This document shows positions 12,923 through 27,234 of a stretch of 64,000 nt of DNA, one piece after another. How positions within the stretch are numbered: the first letter of the stretch is position 1; every line of letters begins with the position of its first letter. Source of the stretch: Eledone cirrhosa (lineage: Eukaryota); contig OZ024740.1 in the NCBI GenBank assembly GCA_964016885.1, positions 412,486,001 to 412,550,000 of the forward strand. The letters run 5' to 3'. The notes beneath the pieces were generated by a model. That model was not told the origin of the DNA. It saw nothing but the letters and a program-made list of their open reading frames with translations, and did no database searches. Made by a program: the position numbers and the translations under genes.

Positions 12923-13070
12923 ATACTTTGGGAGATTCATGTTGCCAATAAGAAACACACGCACTGGTGCGTGTGTTTCTTATTGGCAACATGACCCTCC
13001 CAAAGTATAACAATATCGGTTTCAACACACGATTTCAGATAAAGAATCTTGCTAAACAAATTCAGAAACG

Positions 13071-13072
<2 letters not shown>
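12915..13072. mobile_element. Short foldback element in (TA)n (arms 12915-12964 / 12967-13016, then right tail)
   Basis: Near-perfect hairpin with a 2-nt loop; right arm recurs at 57596-57648. Confidence 0.8.
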
Positions 13073-13158
<86 letters not shown>

Positions 13159-13300
13159 GTGTATAGTGGTAGTTTGTTGTTGATACATACCGACACGAGT
13201 CTTCTGACGGCTGTTTACTTATCGAAACATTTGTAACACGAAATAAACCAAGTCCAGATGCATCACTGATTTTTTATTTTCTTTATAATATATATATATA

Positions 13301-13902
13301 TACGATATTAATAAATGGAAACTATATTTATAAAACCATATGTATTTCATTATACATATTTCAGGGATACCACATTAAATTATGGTATGCCTTCATCAGA
13401 CAAAATACAATATATAACAGTTTTACAAATAGCTTTGACGTACCCTTTTAAAATGCAACCATTACTTTTGGAGGCTGTCTGGATAGTGATTTGTTTATAT
13501 TATTTTAATAAGTCATAGTGTTAATCACAATTAGAAAAAGACGGAGAGAAAGAAAAAAGAAAAAAGACGGAGAGAGAGAAAGAAAACCTGGAGAAATATC
13601 GGAGAGGGAGAGAAATGTATGGAGAAAAGAAAGAGATAAATAAAGATAGGAGGAAATAAAAAAGAAAGAAAAAAGGAAGAAATAAGAAAAATTATTAAGA
13701 TAATATAAACAAATCACTATCCAGACAGCCTCCAAAAGTAATGGTTGCATTTTAAAATGCTACGTCAAAGCTATTTGTAAAACTGTTATATATTGTATTT
13801 TGTCTGATGAAGGCATACCATAATTTAATGTGGTATCCCTGACATATTTATAATGAAATAAATATTGTTTTATAAATATAGTTTCCATTTATTAATATCG
13901 TA
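13301..13902. mobile_element. PLE foldback, ~210-bp inverted arms each with an HHR-like motif
   Basis: Arms 13301-13511 / 13692-13902; CTGATGA-AGGCATACCA...TGGTATCCCT-GAAA intact on the left arm (minus strand), GACA on the right. Confidence 0.8.
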
Positions 13903-13989
13903 TATCTACTCCAAAAACTTGTCGAGTGCTTTATATCAGTTATAAAAAATATTTACTTGTTGTATCCCAACAATTTTAAATAGAACTTT

Positions 13990-14081
<92 letters not shown>

Positions 14082-14112
14082 ATATATATATATATGTATA
14101 TATGTATATATG

Positions 14113-14150
<38 letters not shown>

Positions 14151-14161
14151 TATATGTATAC

Positions 14162-14205
<44 letters not shown>

Positions 14206-14279
14206 ATTTATGTATTTTGTATATGTGTATATGTATGTGTATATTTGTAGATGTGTTTGTATGTGTTTGTATATGAGTA

Positions 14280-14325
<46 letters not shown>

Positions 14326-14557
14326 CGTGTGTGTGTGTGTGTCTGTGTGTGTATGTGAATGTGTCTGTTGATACCTGGAATATAGCTTAAGAGAAACATG
14401 ATAATAATGATAGGCACCCAATATTTGAACTGGTTTATAGAATTCTCTTGGCCTTTGTCACTCTAAGTAGAGCTTTAAAGAATTAGCTTTTAAACAATTT
14501 CCCTTTTCTTTAAATCCATCAACCATGACCGAGCCCCGACCATCTTATAGACTCCTG

Positions 14558-14602
<45 letters not shown>

Positions 14603-14697
14603 TTTTGAGTTTATGTTGGTTGTATACCAACACCTCAGTATGCAGGCTGGAGCACTCGACGAAGTGCGCAGGTTGGTTTGGTTACTCCGGAGTAGTG

Positions 14698-15029
14698 TAA
14701 AATAAAGTTAAATAGAAGTCAAATGATTAAAATTTAGCTTCGTTTATTACTGCTATATTTCAGTGACAGCCATCTTTGGCTGTGACCTCTTCCGGCAGTT
14801 TATGATATGACTCCAGTTCCCCAGTGAATTAACAACCCAATAAGGAACTGGGCATATCAGAGTATTTACAATATCATACACCTAAATAACATATGTACTT
14901 GTCTATACCATACTAATTCAAACTGCCTGAAGAGGTCACAGCCAAAGATGGCTGTCACTGAAATATATATATAGCAGTAATAAACGAAGCTAAATTTTAC
15001 TCATTTGACTTTTATTTAACTTTATTTTA
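14698..15029. mobile_element. PLE foldback with paired minimal HHRs
   Basis: Arms 14698-14800 / 14921-15029; ACTGC-CTGAAGA-helix II-GAAA-TATA-GCAGT. Confidence 0.85.
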
Positions 15030-15051
15030 TATATATATATATATATATATT

Positions 15052-15417
15052 AGGTAATTCCGAAGGAAAAGCAAAGGAAGAGTGCTCTATGTATAGAACA
15101 GAGCTATTTAATTAGAAAGTGAACAACACAAAATATAACTAATCCTTTGCCAAAGGTTTCTGGATCACAGACGTAAATAATATAATATATGCCTGGATCC
15201 CTCGTCAGACAGAGATGTCATAGCTAAAAGTTATGAAATGAGATTTAAAAAGAGAAAGATTTAAATACAGATTTTAAATCTCATTTCATATCTTTTTTCT
15301 ATAACATCTCGGTATGTCGACCGATCCATACGTGTGTTATATTATTATTTTCTGTGATCTAGAAACCTTGGGTAATGGAGTAGTTATATTTTGAGTTGTT
15401 CTCTTTGTTATTAAATA
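15052..15417. mobile_element. Diverged PLE foldback with an HHR-like motif on the left arm
   Basis: Arms ~15107-15250 / 15272-15417; minus strand CTGACGA-GGGATC...GATCC-A-GAAAC. Confidence 0.65.
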
Positions 15418-15714
15418 TAAATATAAATATATATATATATAGAGAGAGAGAGAGTCTGAGATAGAGAGATATCTCCACACAAGAAAGTGATCCACTCACA
15501 CATTACACCATATTCGCACACACATACTATCAACCCATATATGATTGGACATTTTGCCACCACTACAGCTCACATATAAGCCTGACAGAAGCCACATAAT
15601 CGTTTATATCCGCCCACCTTAACCCTCTTTATAGCCCACCTTCTTACTGACTCTCCTTGTTGAATGGCTGGTGTCCGAGATTACTTTGATTTTCCCTCAA
15701 TATGGAAAGAAACG

Positions 15715-15769
<55 letters not shown>

Positions 15770-15773
<4 letters not shown>

Positions 15774-16835
15774 AAAAAGATGAAATTGAAAATACAACTG
15801 GAGCCTTTTTTTTAAAATATATATATTTATTTGGTTCCTTTACCGGTTTTGCAGTTCTGGTGTTGAGATGGAGTGTCTGTAGTTTTTATCACATCTGGTT
15901 GGTCTTTGAATATTACTTCTGTTTTATATGGAAAAAACTGTCTCGAAAACCACGTTTTTAGAGAAGTAATTTGATTGGTTGGTGAATAAGTATGATAAAT
16001 TTCGCGCCAATTCGCGTTACAAAGTTCTTCATGTATGAGTGAAGTTTCATTGGTTGATGCAGTCACGTAAATAAGCACATCGGCTTTCGCGCCAGTTTGT
16101 GTTTGAATTTCTTTTTACTTAAAAAATGTGGCTCACGAAGGCTTTTTTTTTAAAAATGTAATTTGATTGGTTATAAATGAAATTATGACTGTCACGTGAA
16201 CATTTCATTCATAACCAATTTCATTTATAACCAATTTAATTTATAACCAATTTCATTTATAACCAGTTTAATTTATAACCAATTTCATTTATAACCAATT
16301 TAATTTATAACCAATTTCATTTATAACCAGTCAACTTACATTTATAAAAAAAAGATTTCATGAGCCACACTTTTTTTTAAGTAAAAAGAAATTCAAACAC
16401 AAACTGGCACGAAAGCTGATGTGCTTATTCACGTGACTGCATCAACCAACCAAACTTCACTCATATATGAAAAAACTAACTGACCGCCTCCACCTTTATT
16501 TGAAGAACTTTGTAACGCGAACTGGCGCGAAATCTATTATACTTATTCACCAGCCAATCAAATTACCTCTCTAAAAACCTGGCATTTCGAGCCACTTTTT
16601 CCATATAAAATAGAAGTAACATTCTAAGACCAACCAGATGTGAGAAAAACCACAGACCCTCCATTTCAACTCTACTTTTGAAAATCAGAAGAACTGCGAA
16701 ACCGGTAAAGCAACCAAATATATATATATATTTAAAAAAAGAAAGACTCCAGTTGCATTTTTGATTTCATCTTTTTTCCTTATACTTTCACGCACCTCGG
16801 TTATTTTTTATTTTGAAAAAAAAACCTCCCTTTCT
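15770..16835. mobile_element. Large foldback (~410-460-bp arms) with a central minisatellite
   Basis: Arms ~15770-16180 / 16320-16782; degenerate HHR at ~16675-16710 (…CTGC-GAAA-CCGG-TA-AAG); TA flanks. Confidence 0.8.
16211..16330. repeat. 15/16-bp tandem repeat (ATAACCAATTTCATTT / ATAACCARTTTAATTT), about 7.5 copies
   Basis: Direct sequence. Confidence 0.9.
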
Positions 16836-17036
16836 AATATATATATATATATATATATAAAAACTAGATATATGTGTGTGTGGATAAATAGATACGTGAG
16901 TGTGTGCCTGTGTGCTCACACGTAAAAGAAGAAGTGACATGTAATGATTCGTCCGATTTATGTCTAGTATGACGAATCGAATAATTGTATGTTCTACCAT
17001 TTCGCAAGTCCTTTTTTCCGTAGTAAAACATCGTTT

Positions 17037-17221
17037 GGGATTGGCAATATCGTTAGAGGGTCGGACGCCATGCTTAGCAGCAAAGAGTTACGGCCCTTTA
17101 TGGTCTGAGTTCAAATCCCGCCGGGGTTAAGTTTGCCTTTCATCCTTACGAGGTCGATAAAATAAAGTACCAGTAATACACTGGGATAATTGCTGGCCTC
17201 GTGCCAAAAGTAGAAACAATT
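17037..17221 (+). mobile_element. SINE
   Basis: Same family; A/B boxes. Confidence 0.9.
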
Positions 17222-18789
17222 TTTAGTGTAAGTAAAGTACTGGGCACAGTTTTTCTACAAATTAGTGTTGCTTTGCATTCCCCCAAAACGCATCATGTAA
17301 CTAATTTATGGAATGATGCAACTGTAAATGCATATTTGGTTTACAAATGGTCAATGACATTTTTCTTCCTCCTGATTTAGTATTTATACAATTATTTGAA
17401 CATTGTGTATTATGATCTGCCTAGGGAAATCACCACAAGTTTCTTTGAGTTATATTATTTTGCTACAATCTGAATATTTAAGGCCACAAAATATCGGTTG
17501 CCATAGAAACATATCATAAGAATGAGATTAAGTGTAATGTTGAAAGACGTTCTCAAGAGCAATCACCTCGTAATGAAACTGAAAGGTCATTAACACCCAA
17601 GTTATAATATTTATGAATAATTTTCTCTTTTTTTAATTTTTTATGGAATTTGAAAATTATTTATTAAATATGAATGATTGTAATATTAGATATTGCATAA
17701 AGGTTTTCTAATTAGTTTTTACTACTCTTGTAGTTTTCGAATTTATCCACCAATTCTTGTTTTGTTTTGTTTAATCATGATTGCCGTTGAGATTTTCAAT
17801 GATATTTTCTATGATATTTTCAACAGACATTCAATGTATAATTGTACATCAATGTCTTGCGGACACTCATTTGAAATAATAATATTTCTCCAATGTTATA
17901 TTAATTTCAAATAGGTTTCGTTTGCAGTTTAATGCTGTATTAGATTGTCACATAAATCATGTAACTGACCTGCTGTTGCCCCCTAAGTTGTTTTGTCTGT
18001 ATATGTTATTCTAAAACACGATCAATGAAAGCCAATCAATACAGAATAATGGCTTGTTATATTTTTCGTGGACCAATGTTGTATTATTTAGGCATAAAAA
18101 TAGTTAATGCTGAAATATATGGAAGTATTCAATGAAAGATTCAATTAAAAACGATTTTTTTTAAATATATTTTTTGCGAGAAGTAACGAAAAAAAAACAT
18201 TAATGAAAATACTAATGCTTAAAAAACCAAAACAAAATATCGAGTGAGATGGTGAACATATTTGGTATGGTAGCAGGTGTTACCATCTTAACAGGCTTAA
18301 AAGTACAACTCATCATTAGATGAAATCAATGTGAGGTAGAGATTATATCTGTTTCATCTTCAAAACAACTGAAGTAATATATATGAAAAACAAGAATTAA
18401 TAAAATGAACCAATAAAAGTTGTTTGTATAATTAGCTGCTTGTTACAGAGGTCAAATTACATAAACAAAGGACAAAATTATATATTTGTCAATAGGTAAC
18501 AACAATATCACTTTAATGAGAAAACAGTCTCCATATATTAAAAATCCAGTTTCAATGTCTGAAATATTTAAGCTCAAAAATAAATGAGTCTTTCTCTTTG
18601 GTTTGTTACACAAACGAGATAAGTGAATTGTGGTTGGTCGGGATGTCATTAATTCTATAGACATTGTAAGTCGAAATGTTAATGAAGTTAACCGGTGTTG
18701 CTCGAATAATGTTACTCGCTTAAGAGAGCATGCACTTTAGATATTATCGCACTTGTCAATTTTCGTGTTTACTCAAAATATTTTACTTT

Positions 18790-18965
18790 ATTATTTAGCT
18801 GCAAGAGTAGCAATTTATGGGGATAATCTGCTGCTGGAAATTTATTTTATCAAACAGGAACGAAAGAAAGGCAAACCTGACAGGGATTGGAATTCAAAAT
18901 GTAAAGGCTCGGAGCAAATGCCGTATGCATTTTGTTCGAAGCTCTAATGACGCTACTAATCCATA
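18790..18965 (-). mobile_element. Older diverged SINE of a related subfamily
   Basis: GAAAGGCAAACCTGAC..GGATTGGAATTCAAAA resembles the SINE core and B box. Confidence 0.55.
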
Positions 18966-19004
18966 TCTCAGCAATATTGATAAGGTACTATTATTTTACA
19001 GATT

Positions 19005-19127
19005 TGGTCTGAGTTCGAATCCCGTCGAGGTTAACTTTGTCTTTCACCCTTACGGGGTCGATAAAATACAGTACTAGTTATGTACTGCGATAATTGCTGG
19101 TCTTGTGCCAAAAGTAGAAACAATTAT
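19005..19127 (+). mobile_element. 5'-truncated SINE with TSD
   Basis: ATTATTTTACAGAT on both sides. Confidence 0.9.
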
Positions 19128-21099
19128 TTTACAGATGTTGGGTAGAGTTGGATAGTGGTAAAATGATTTTGAAAAGCTACTGAAGGTATTTTTTTACAGA
19201 TTTAAAATGATTCGATCTCGAAAGCATCTCATGACGCATGTTATGTTCTCCCTTTTAACTGATGTCACAATTTCATTACAAATCGCCTATATGACTTTGT
19301 TAACCTATTTCAAATTATTGCAGATAACTCCCATATGTGTGGTAATTAACTTAGTATATTAGTTCGTAACAAGTAAACCGAAATACATTTAACTCTGCAA
19401 TATATTACAGATATTATATTTCGTCTATATAAAACATTATACAATTATTCATATTCTAACAGGCAGAAATAACAGTAACAACAGTTGATTGCTATAAACA
19501 TTAGCTAGGGTATCGGGTAAAACAGAACTATAGGCGGCAAATCGAATTCTATGAGTCCAAATTCAGGGCGAATGTATTTACAATTGAGATAAGGACCACC
19601 TTGTCAGAGATTCCTTCTGAATTATTTCGGCATACTGAACAGCTCGAATGTGACAATCTTCTACACACTATTATCAAAGAGCTGTGAAATTTGAAATTAT
19701 TTTTTAAAATATAGGATTCGCTCTCAAATATAACTTTCACAAAATCAATGTTTATAAACAACTTGAAAAATCGGGTTAATTATCATGTGAGCACACAGGG
19801 AAAGATCCATTGTATAACGAGTCATTATTTAGCCATAATAAAATAAATATCATTGAAAACCAACTTCGGTATTGTGTATTCGTTCTCACCCCTCTTAACA
19901 TCGCACGGATTTACTTACCTATTATCATTGAGTATGTTTGTGGGCAAGGTCGAAATACTTGCGAGGGCTTCTATGCATCTAGCAATGTATTCATCTACAT
20001 TCCTATCATAATTTACTCCAAATAAGTGGAGTTGATCAAATGAATGATTTAATTCGTCGAGCGAACTGGTTCTATTTTTAGCCTTCTCCCGCTAGATTAC
20101 CAGAGAACATGAGGGCATCGCCAGTCTGGATTTGACTCTCACTGGAGAAGACGGATTTTCAGTTATTTTTAGAACAGCGTACTGAACTTTCCCTTTGTCA
20201 TAATTTGCCTGATTGTCAATATGTATTACTTGTAATTAGCAATATTGTTATTGGTCGAAACCGTACGGGCTAGACATTTAAAATGTATATGTTTTAAATG
20301 TTCTTTGTTTAAATTGCTAGACTTCTGACATTTATGTGATTTCTATCTGCCTATGTTCTATTTAAGGATTGTTGGTCTGTGACTACTTCGTGTATGAGTT
20401 GGCTCAGATACAGATATTTCAGCTTCTATTTCCATCGAGTAATTTTAGGGACAACAAGGTGTAAATACTTTCCAATATTTTTATGCAACTAGCATGCTAT
20501 CAATCGAAATTTCATGTTGACCTCTAATATCACTAATTAATATTGATAATAATTAAGATTAGAGTGTTTTCAATATAACTGTGAAGATATTTTCTAAAGG
20601 TGGAATGGGGGTGTGGGGGTGAATTGGGATGGAGTTTACTGTTATCTCTAACATACGGATACTGTTCTTCCTTCTTCATGTTATTATAATATATAGTGAG
20701 GGTAAACACTTCACATCTCAGTGAAACCATCTCTTTCTCTCTCGAACTAACTGAAAAGTTTGTTGTTAGCCGGCTTGACATCTCACTAAATCTCTCACTC
20801 TGATCCCCCCCCCCCCTCTCGCTCTCGCACTCTACCTCTTTTTCGCTTTATATGACTGCTGGCTACAAGATGAATCCGACTATGCCAGTGCTAAGCTATT
20901 AGGCACAACTGTTAATATAGCAACATTCTAACAATTGATTATTTGAGAATTCTCTTAATATAAGTCAAGAGTCGAATAAATCCATAGATGTGAGTTCTCA
21001 TAAAAAGCATGCCACGATTTGTAATCTACCTCTCTTCATTGGGTCTTACAACAGGAATATAACTATATAACCAAATAAATTCCATTTTAACAGAGACTA

Positions 21100-21275
21100 T
21101 AATGATTCTTTTTTTCTGGCACAAGGCCAGCAATTTGGGTCGTCTGTGTAAAATCCATGATATTTTGTATGGGTGAAAGGTAAAGTTGACCTCAGTGGGA
21201 TATGAAGTCAGAACGTAGAAAGTCGTAACTACATAGTATTTTGTCCTACGTTCCACCGATACTGCGAATCATCCG
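21100..21275 (-). mobile_element. Diverged SINE
   Basis: GGCACAAGGCCAGCAAT, GAAAGGTAAAGTTGACCTC, CCGATACTGC. Confidence 0.65.
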
Positions 21276-21858
21276 ATTTAATAATAATAATAGTAATGAT
21301 TTCTGGTTTAGGAAGGAATTAAGCTACTCAATCTAGGGGTAATCTGATTGTACCTTTAAGTTGATCATTTGCTAGTTCGATGCTAGTTCCTGATACGGAA
21401 ATAGACATTTTCATGATAATTTCATTCGACTTATTCCTCTGTAAATTGTTTTGTGTGTTTATCCGAATATATGCTTTCCTGAGCCAAGATTAACTTGTGT
21501 AAAATAGTTATATTTTATTTCACGTTGCTCAGTCCACTCAGGTGATGAATATGAACTGTAGTTGTAATTATAAAGGCCACACAAGTCCCCCAGACAATCA
21601 CACTGAATCCTTTTGGCAGGTAAGCTATGGGTATAAATGTCCGTAGAATGAGAGAAAATTGTATATTAATTTATTAGAAGGCTGTCCCGTTGATCAAATA
21701 ACTGGAATATTAATAACAACTATAGACATATTATTGAGGGAATTGCAGATAACATTCGTCACAATGTCCGACGAATATGATCTCAGTGTCTCATCATTGG
21801 ATAAGATCAATCACATGAAACATGTATGTGTGTATATATATATGTGTGTGTGTATGTG

Positions 21859-21964
<106 letters not shown>

Positions 21965-22194
21965 AGGGATGTGATTATATGCGGAGATACTATAAAATAG
22001 GATGAAGACCCTTAAAGATGGAAAAAGAAGCCGCCATCGGTAGTGTTATTTCTTATTTGAAGTGTATTAGTTTATTTCTATTTCGTATGCATTTAAAATA
22101 ACATTTTCATTCATAATTAATTGAACCATAAACGGAACATTTTAGAATCATCAAAACGTAAATCTAGTAATCTTTTTCCAATATTTATGATTTG

Positions 22195-22300
22195 CAGTAT
22201 TCGTTTCAGCTTTCTGCTCTCCGAGTTCAAATCCGGCTGAAGTCAAATTTTCCTTTCATCATTTCGAAGACGATGAAATAGTATCAGTCTAGCCCTGGGT
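22195..22300 (+). mobile_element. Diverged SINE fragment
   Basis: GAGTTCAAATCC B box and CCTTTCATC. Confidence 0.6.
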
Positions 22301-22553
22301 CAATTCTTCCTTTATATATCTGTCTCTCGTCTATTCTCTCACTCTCTAAATCTGCTCTGGAAGAAATGTGGTATATTCAGATCTGGAGAGGAGATAGGCT
22401 CCGCCATGTTTAAAACTGACATAGAAACGCCGTTTGTCAATACAGCCCCCCTCCACCTCCCTACGATTCCCGGTTTCAATCAGAAAACCTGTTGTGTTTG
22501 TGATGCATAACAACAAAGTTATGTAATTAAATCTAATATGTATTTGTTTCATT

Positions 22554-22720
22554 TGGATTGGCAGTATCGGTAGAGGGTCGGACGCCATGCTTTGCAGCAA
22601 AGAGTTACGGTCCTTTATGGTTCAAATCCCGCCTTTCATCCTTACGGGGTCGATAAAGTAAAGTACCAGTAATACACTGCGATAATTTATGGCCTTGTGC
22701 CAAATGTAGAAACAATTATT
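22554..22720 (+). mobile_element. SINE with internal deletion
   Basis: Same family. Confidence 0.9.
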
Positions 22721-23346
22721 TTGTTTTAAATAAGAAAGGAATCGGTCGTTTAGTTTACATATTGAGACCCCAACCCATCCTATATATTTTATAGCGTATT
22801 GGATTTCTAGTAATGTTCTTTTATTGTCATGTATAATTATTTTGAATGTATAAAGAAAATTAATTGTCGTAGGAATGCTACCACTTAAAATAAAATTTCG
22901 CCGGAGATAGATTAGCAAAATTTAAAAAATATGTAAAAAAATCTGAAACATTAATAAGCGGGGTGTGGAGGTTACGATTATTCGTAATGCTTTTATCTGC
23001 CCCTAATTTTTCATTGAATGTTTATGCTCTTATTCATATGCTTCTTCTGCCTCTGTTATATATATAAATGTTAATACTTATACTTTTCTATACTCACATA
23101 TTATGTATCCGCTTAATTTTCTTGTGACAAATTATTGATATTATATTTGTGTTTGACTTTTCATATTACTCCGATGATTCCGGCCTTGTGCTAGGATGAA
23201 AGGCACGTAAGTGATTACATGTTTTAAACATTTACATTGTATTTCGGCTCTGTACTATACTTATGTTACATTGAGCTATTTCCATAATTGTAATGGTGTA
23301 ATATTTTTTGTTACAAACAATATATATATATATATTTATATATATA

Positions 23347-23530
23347 GGAACAAATATGACCCCGACGGCAGAGCTCAAGCCTTTTCGACGGCTATTTCTG
23401 GACTCGCGGTCGAAACGGCTTGAGCTCTGCCGTCGGGGTAATACTTTTTCCTAATTCCCACTCTACTAGCCTAAATATTGAGTACTCTGGTGCGTTATGG
23501 TCCATTTGGTTCCTTACCACAATTCGTTTG

Positions 23531-23532
<2 letters not shown>
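23347..23532. mobile_element. Short foldback in (TA)n with a right-hand tail
   Basis: Arms ~23347-23388 / 23409-23451; collapsed relative at 51989-52118. Confidence 0.75.
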
Positions 23533-23576
<44 letters not shown>

Positions 23577-25089
23577 GCATATATATATATATATTAAAGG
23601 TAGGGATTCTAATCTTGTTAATGAAGAACATATCACTAAATACCGAGCTTAAGGCGCTTCCTAATCATGTCTTAAGTCTGTGTCGAGTGGTGCAATAGAA
23701 CACGTATGTCGCTGGTAAACGTGATGGAGTATCGAGAATTTGGCTGTGAGGAAAATATATGCATACGTATTAGATGGAAGTGGAAGATATATATATATAT
23801 ATTGTATATTTATTCCTATTTATAGTTATCTATGTATCTGTGCGCGTATGTATAAAATGGACAGGGTCCTCCCCGTTCACGTTATTTAATAACAATATAA
23901 CTTGTAAATGGCTTAATTACTCAATTCATTTCCTATCCATTCCGTCGGCCAAATAATTAAGTATATCTAATTTAAGATAATTTAGAAATCTTCAAAGTTA
24001 TATGAATAATTTATATTCATAGACTACAGCAATCCCTCTTCAAAGTATGAAAGTCTGAAATGTTATAGTTTCATTGTTGCCCTTTTCTTAGAAACTGAAA
24101 TCTTTCTAAATATGACAATTTAATTTACACTAAACATTGTCCGATCTGAAGAATATTTTATACAGCAGTTAGGACGAATTTTATAAATATTCCAGCAAAT
24201 ATTTCAGCAACCAATTATGGATACGCTCCTATACGTACGCTAAATAGATATTTCGTATTTCAAAATAATTTAAAATACTATTCATCACGTCAACTTTGAA
24301 TATATTTGGAAGGCAAGATGGTCTCTCAAAATTATGCTATATAAATTGACAGGCAATGCATAGCTTTGTTAAACAACAAGTTCACAAATGAAATGCTCGG
24401 GTCATATAAGTCATGTGAGTGTGTTGCTTCTATTTCCGTTAATCATTACCGCATGAAATATTTCAAGATATCATATGAAGAATATGAATAAACTATCAGA
24501 TCGCAAAATTATCGATTACTTAGATATTTGATATTCAGACGTGCTTTGATCTGATAACGAAACTAAAATTGAATATACATTAATATTTGCTTACAAAGGC
24601 TTTATTATGCGAACATCTCTCCAGTGTCTAAATTTCCTGCCGATTAAATATTATTCTATATGTACTTTTTAATAGTATCTGGCAAAAATAATAAAGAAAA
24701 AAAAATTATATATACATTTTCAAGTAATCAATTTAATCATTACTCTAATGCATTGAAAGTTAAAGTTAACAACACCCAAAATCACGTACAGTCTTGTTGT
24801 AATTCGATACATTTCATTAATCCATAATTCTGAATATTTCATTTACTTGGTCAACATGGTTTGAGTTATTCCATAGATTTTTTATTGCATTCTTAATATA
24901 TACAAACTAAATATCAACCCCTGATCAATGCGCTAAAACTATCGTAATTTCTATTACACACGAACCATACTGACGACAATTCCCTCGGGGTTTAGATTAG
25001 ACCGAAACACATGTATGTAAAAATCATACTATAATCCTAGTGAACAACTAAAGTACATAAACACACGATCCAGTTCACACCAATGTTTT

Positions 25090-26665
25090 TATCCTAAGGC
25101 ATTCGGAGAAAACACGTTTTTTGACGAACATTCCTTTCCCGGGGTATAGAAGGAAGGATAGACAGCATGGTGGTCATACCCATACAATCCAACTTAAAGG
25201 TCAAGACTTTATTGTTGATAATCGTTGGATTGTTCCATACAACCCTTTCCTTCCATTAGGATATCAGTGCCACATCAACTGTTAGGTTGACCATAGTGTC
25301 AAGGCTGTTAAGTACTTATATACATACATCACAAACGGATTAGACAAGATCACTTTCACTATTCAGGATGATCAAGGAAATTGTGTCCATGCCCAAAATA
25401 AGATTGTGACTTATTCATGGTATTCTGAAAAAAGACAGTTTGCAAACTACCTTCTTGATGTGGGAAACGGTAACATTCCAACTGTACCAAATTCCGGCAC
25501 CTTAACAATTCCTCTGCCAAGCAAACCTTGTCTGGAATATGGTAATGTGTCGGGTCTATTTGATTTTGTGTATACAAATCTTCCAGGAAACTACTCAAAC
25601 CCACTATCGCTTGCAAATAGAGCCATTATCACTGCAATAAATAATGCAGCAATATTGATGAATGAGTTGAAGTTCAACAGGTTCGCTGGTCATGAAATAA
25701 TCTACAGAAGCTCCGATACAGTAGATAATGATTGCAATATCCAATCGAATTCATCAACAAACTTATCCAAACAGGCTTCCTAACACACGTATTTAAGCTT
25801 AAGAAAGGTAGTTGGATCATGCTTCTAATAAATGTGGATACTCTAAACGGGCATTTCAATGGTACACGCTACGTCATCATTTGTTTGCATAATAATGTAA
25901 TTGAAGCTGAAGTGGCGTTGGGTCCCAATGCTGAAACTAGGCTGCTAATTCTAAGGATATCACCTGTGTCACAAGAGCTTGAGTACCCTTTCACTTTTAC
26001 TCGCAAACAATTTCCTGTCAAACCAGCCATTGCCCTTACATGCAACAAGGCACAGGAGAAGACATTTAAAAAGATAGGTGTATATCTACCAACACAATTC
26101 GTCTAACATAGTCAGATGTATGTTGCCTTATCAAGAGTTACAAAAAATTGAAAATATAAAAATATAAATTGAAAGGAGTCTGTTTGCTGACAACTGTGTC
26201 TACAAAGAAATTATTCAAATGCATTTCAGGTTCTTTCTAATTGCTAGAAAAGGGACACTACAAAAACCATAAGAAGCCTATATGTGAATAGAGTACAACA
26301 ACAATATAACGAAGGACAACTCTTCAATTGGTAAATGTAATTCATTCATTCCCACCAGCAGCATCTATTTTCAAAGGCTTGAAGCTTCCCATCGATATTC
26401 TCAAGTGATGATTCATGAACATTTTCCGTCAAGAGTTTCTTCGATTTTCCATCTTCATTATCGCCTTTTTTTAAATGTATCATGGATTACTTTATTGATT
26501 ACAGAAGTAAGTGTAACACAGTTTTTGTTAAATTTATATGCATATTGTCAATTTACTTTTCAATTTACGTAACATATCTATATGCATATATATTTGCGTA
26601 TGATATCAATATACACACTACATATGCTAGCAGAAAACCGTCCAAAGGGTGGTTCTTCTGCTTGT
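25090..26665 (+). mobile_element. Degenerate Helitron (Rep C-terminus, Pif1-like helicase, 3' hairpin)
   Basis: DNRWIVPYNP..CHIN..VKAVKYLYTY; FANYLLDVGNG; NGTRY; RKQFPVKPAIALTCNKAQ; QMYVALSRV; terminal hairpin at ~26630-26661. Confidence 0.92.
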
Positions 26666-27168
26666 ATTAGTATTAATTGACAGCAGCTTCAAATATCCAC
26701 ACAAATTATCCACAAAATGTGGCATAGTTATATAGCTATATACTTATATCTTAATGTACCTAACAACAGTTTCCTATAATTTCTTATAATCCACAATTTA
26801 CTGATAATGACAATCTAGTCCTAATTGTTTCCATTGGGATAACTAATAAAAGAGAAGAACTGTACTGGGTTGTGGAAATTCTGGCTCATCTCTTATTTTC
26901 TCTTCATAAACTTTAATACTGCAAATGTACTTACGTGTGAAAATATACACTACTGTGCATTTAACTGGATATATCAACGAAGATGGTAATGCACAGAGAT
27001 AAACTAGTAAATCATTCAAACGAGTTAACATGTTGTGAAGGAGTTTAAAAATAAATTTTCTCTGCAACTTCAATTATTGTAAGCAGAGGAAGCCAAGTTT
27101 AGCTGTAAAAGGTCTCGGCGAATGCGAATGAAAATATATATTTTGATAGAGAAAAGCAGCATCTTCCT

Positions 27169-27234
27169 TTCTTCTTCTTCTTCTTCTTCTTCTTCTTCTT
27201 CTTCTTCTTCTTCTTCTTCTTCTTCTTCTTCTTC
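27169..27234. repeat. (TTC)n microsatellite
   Basis: Direct sequence. Confidence 0.95.
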
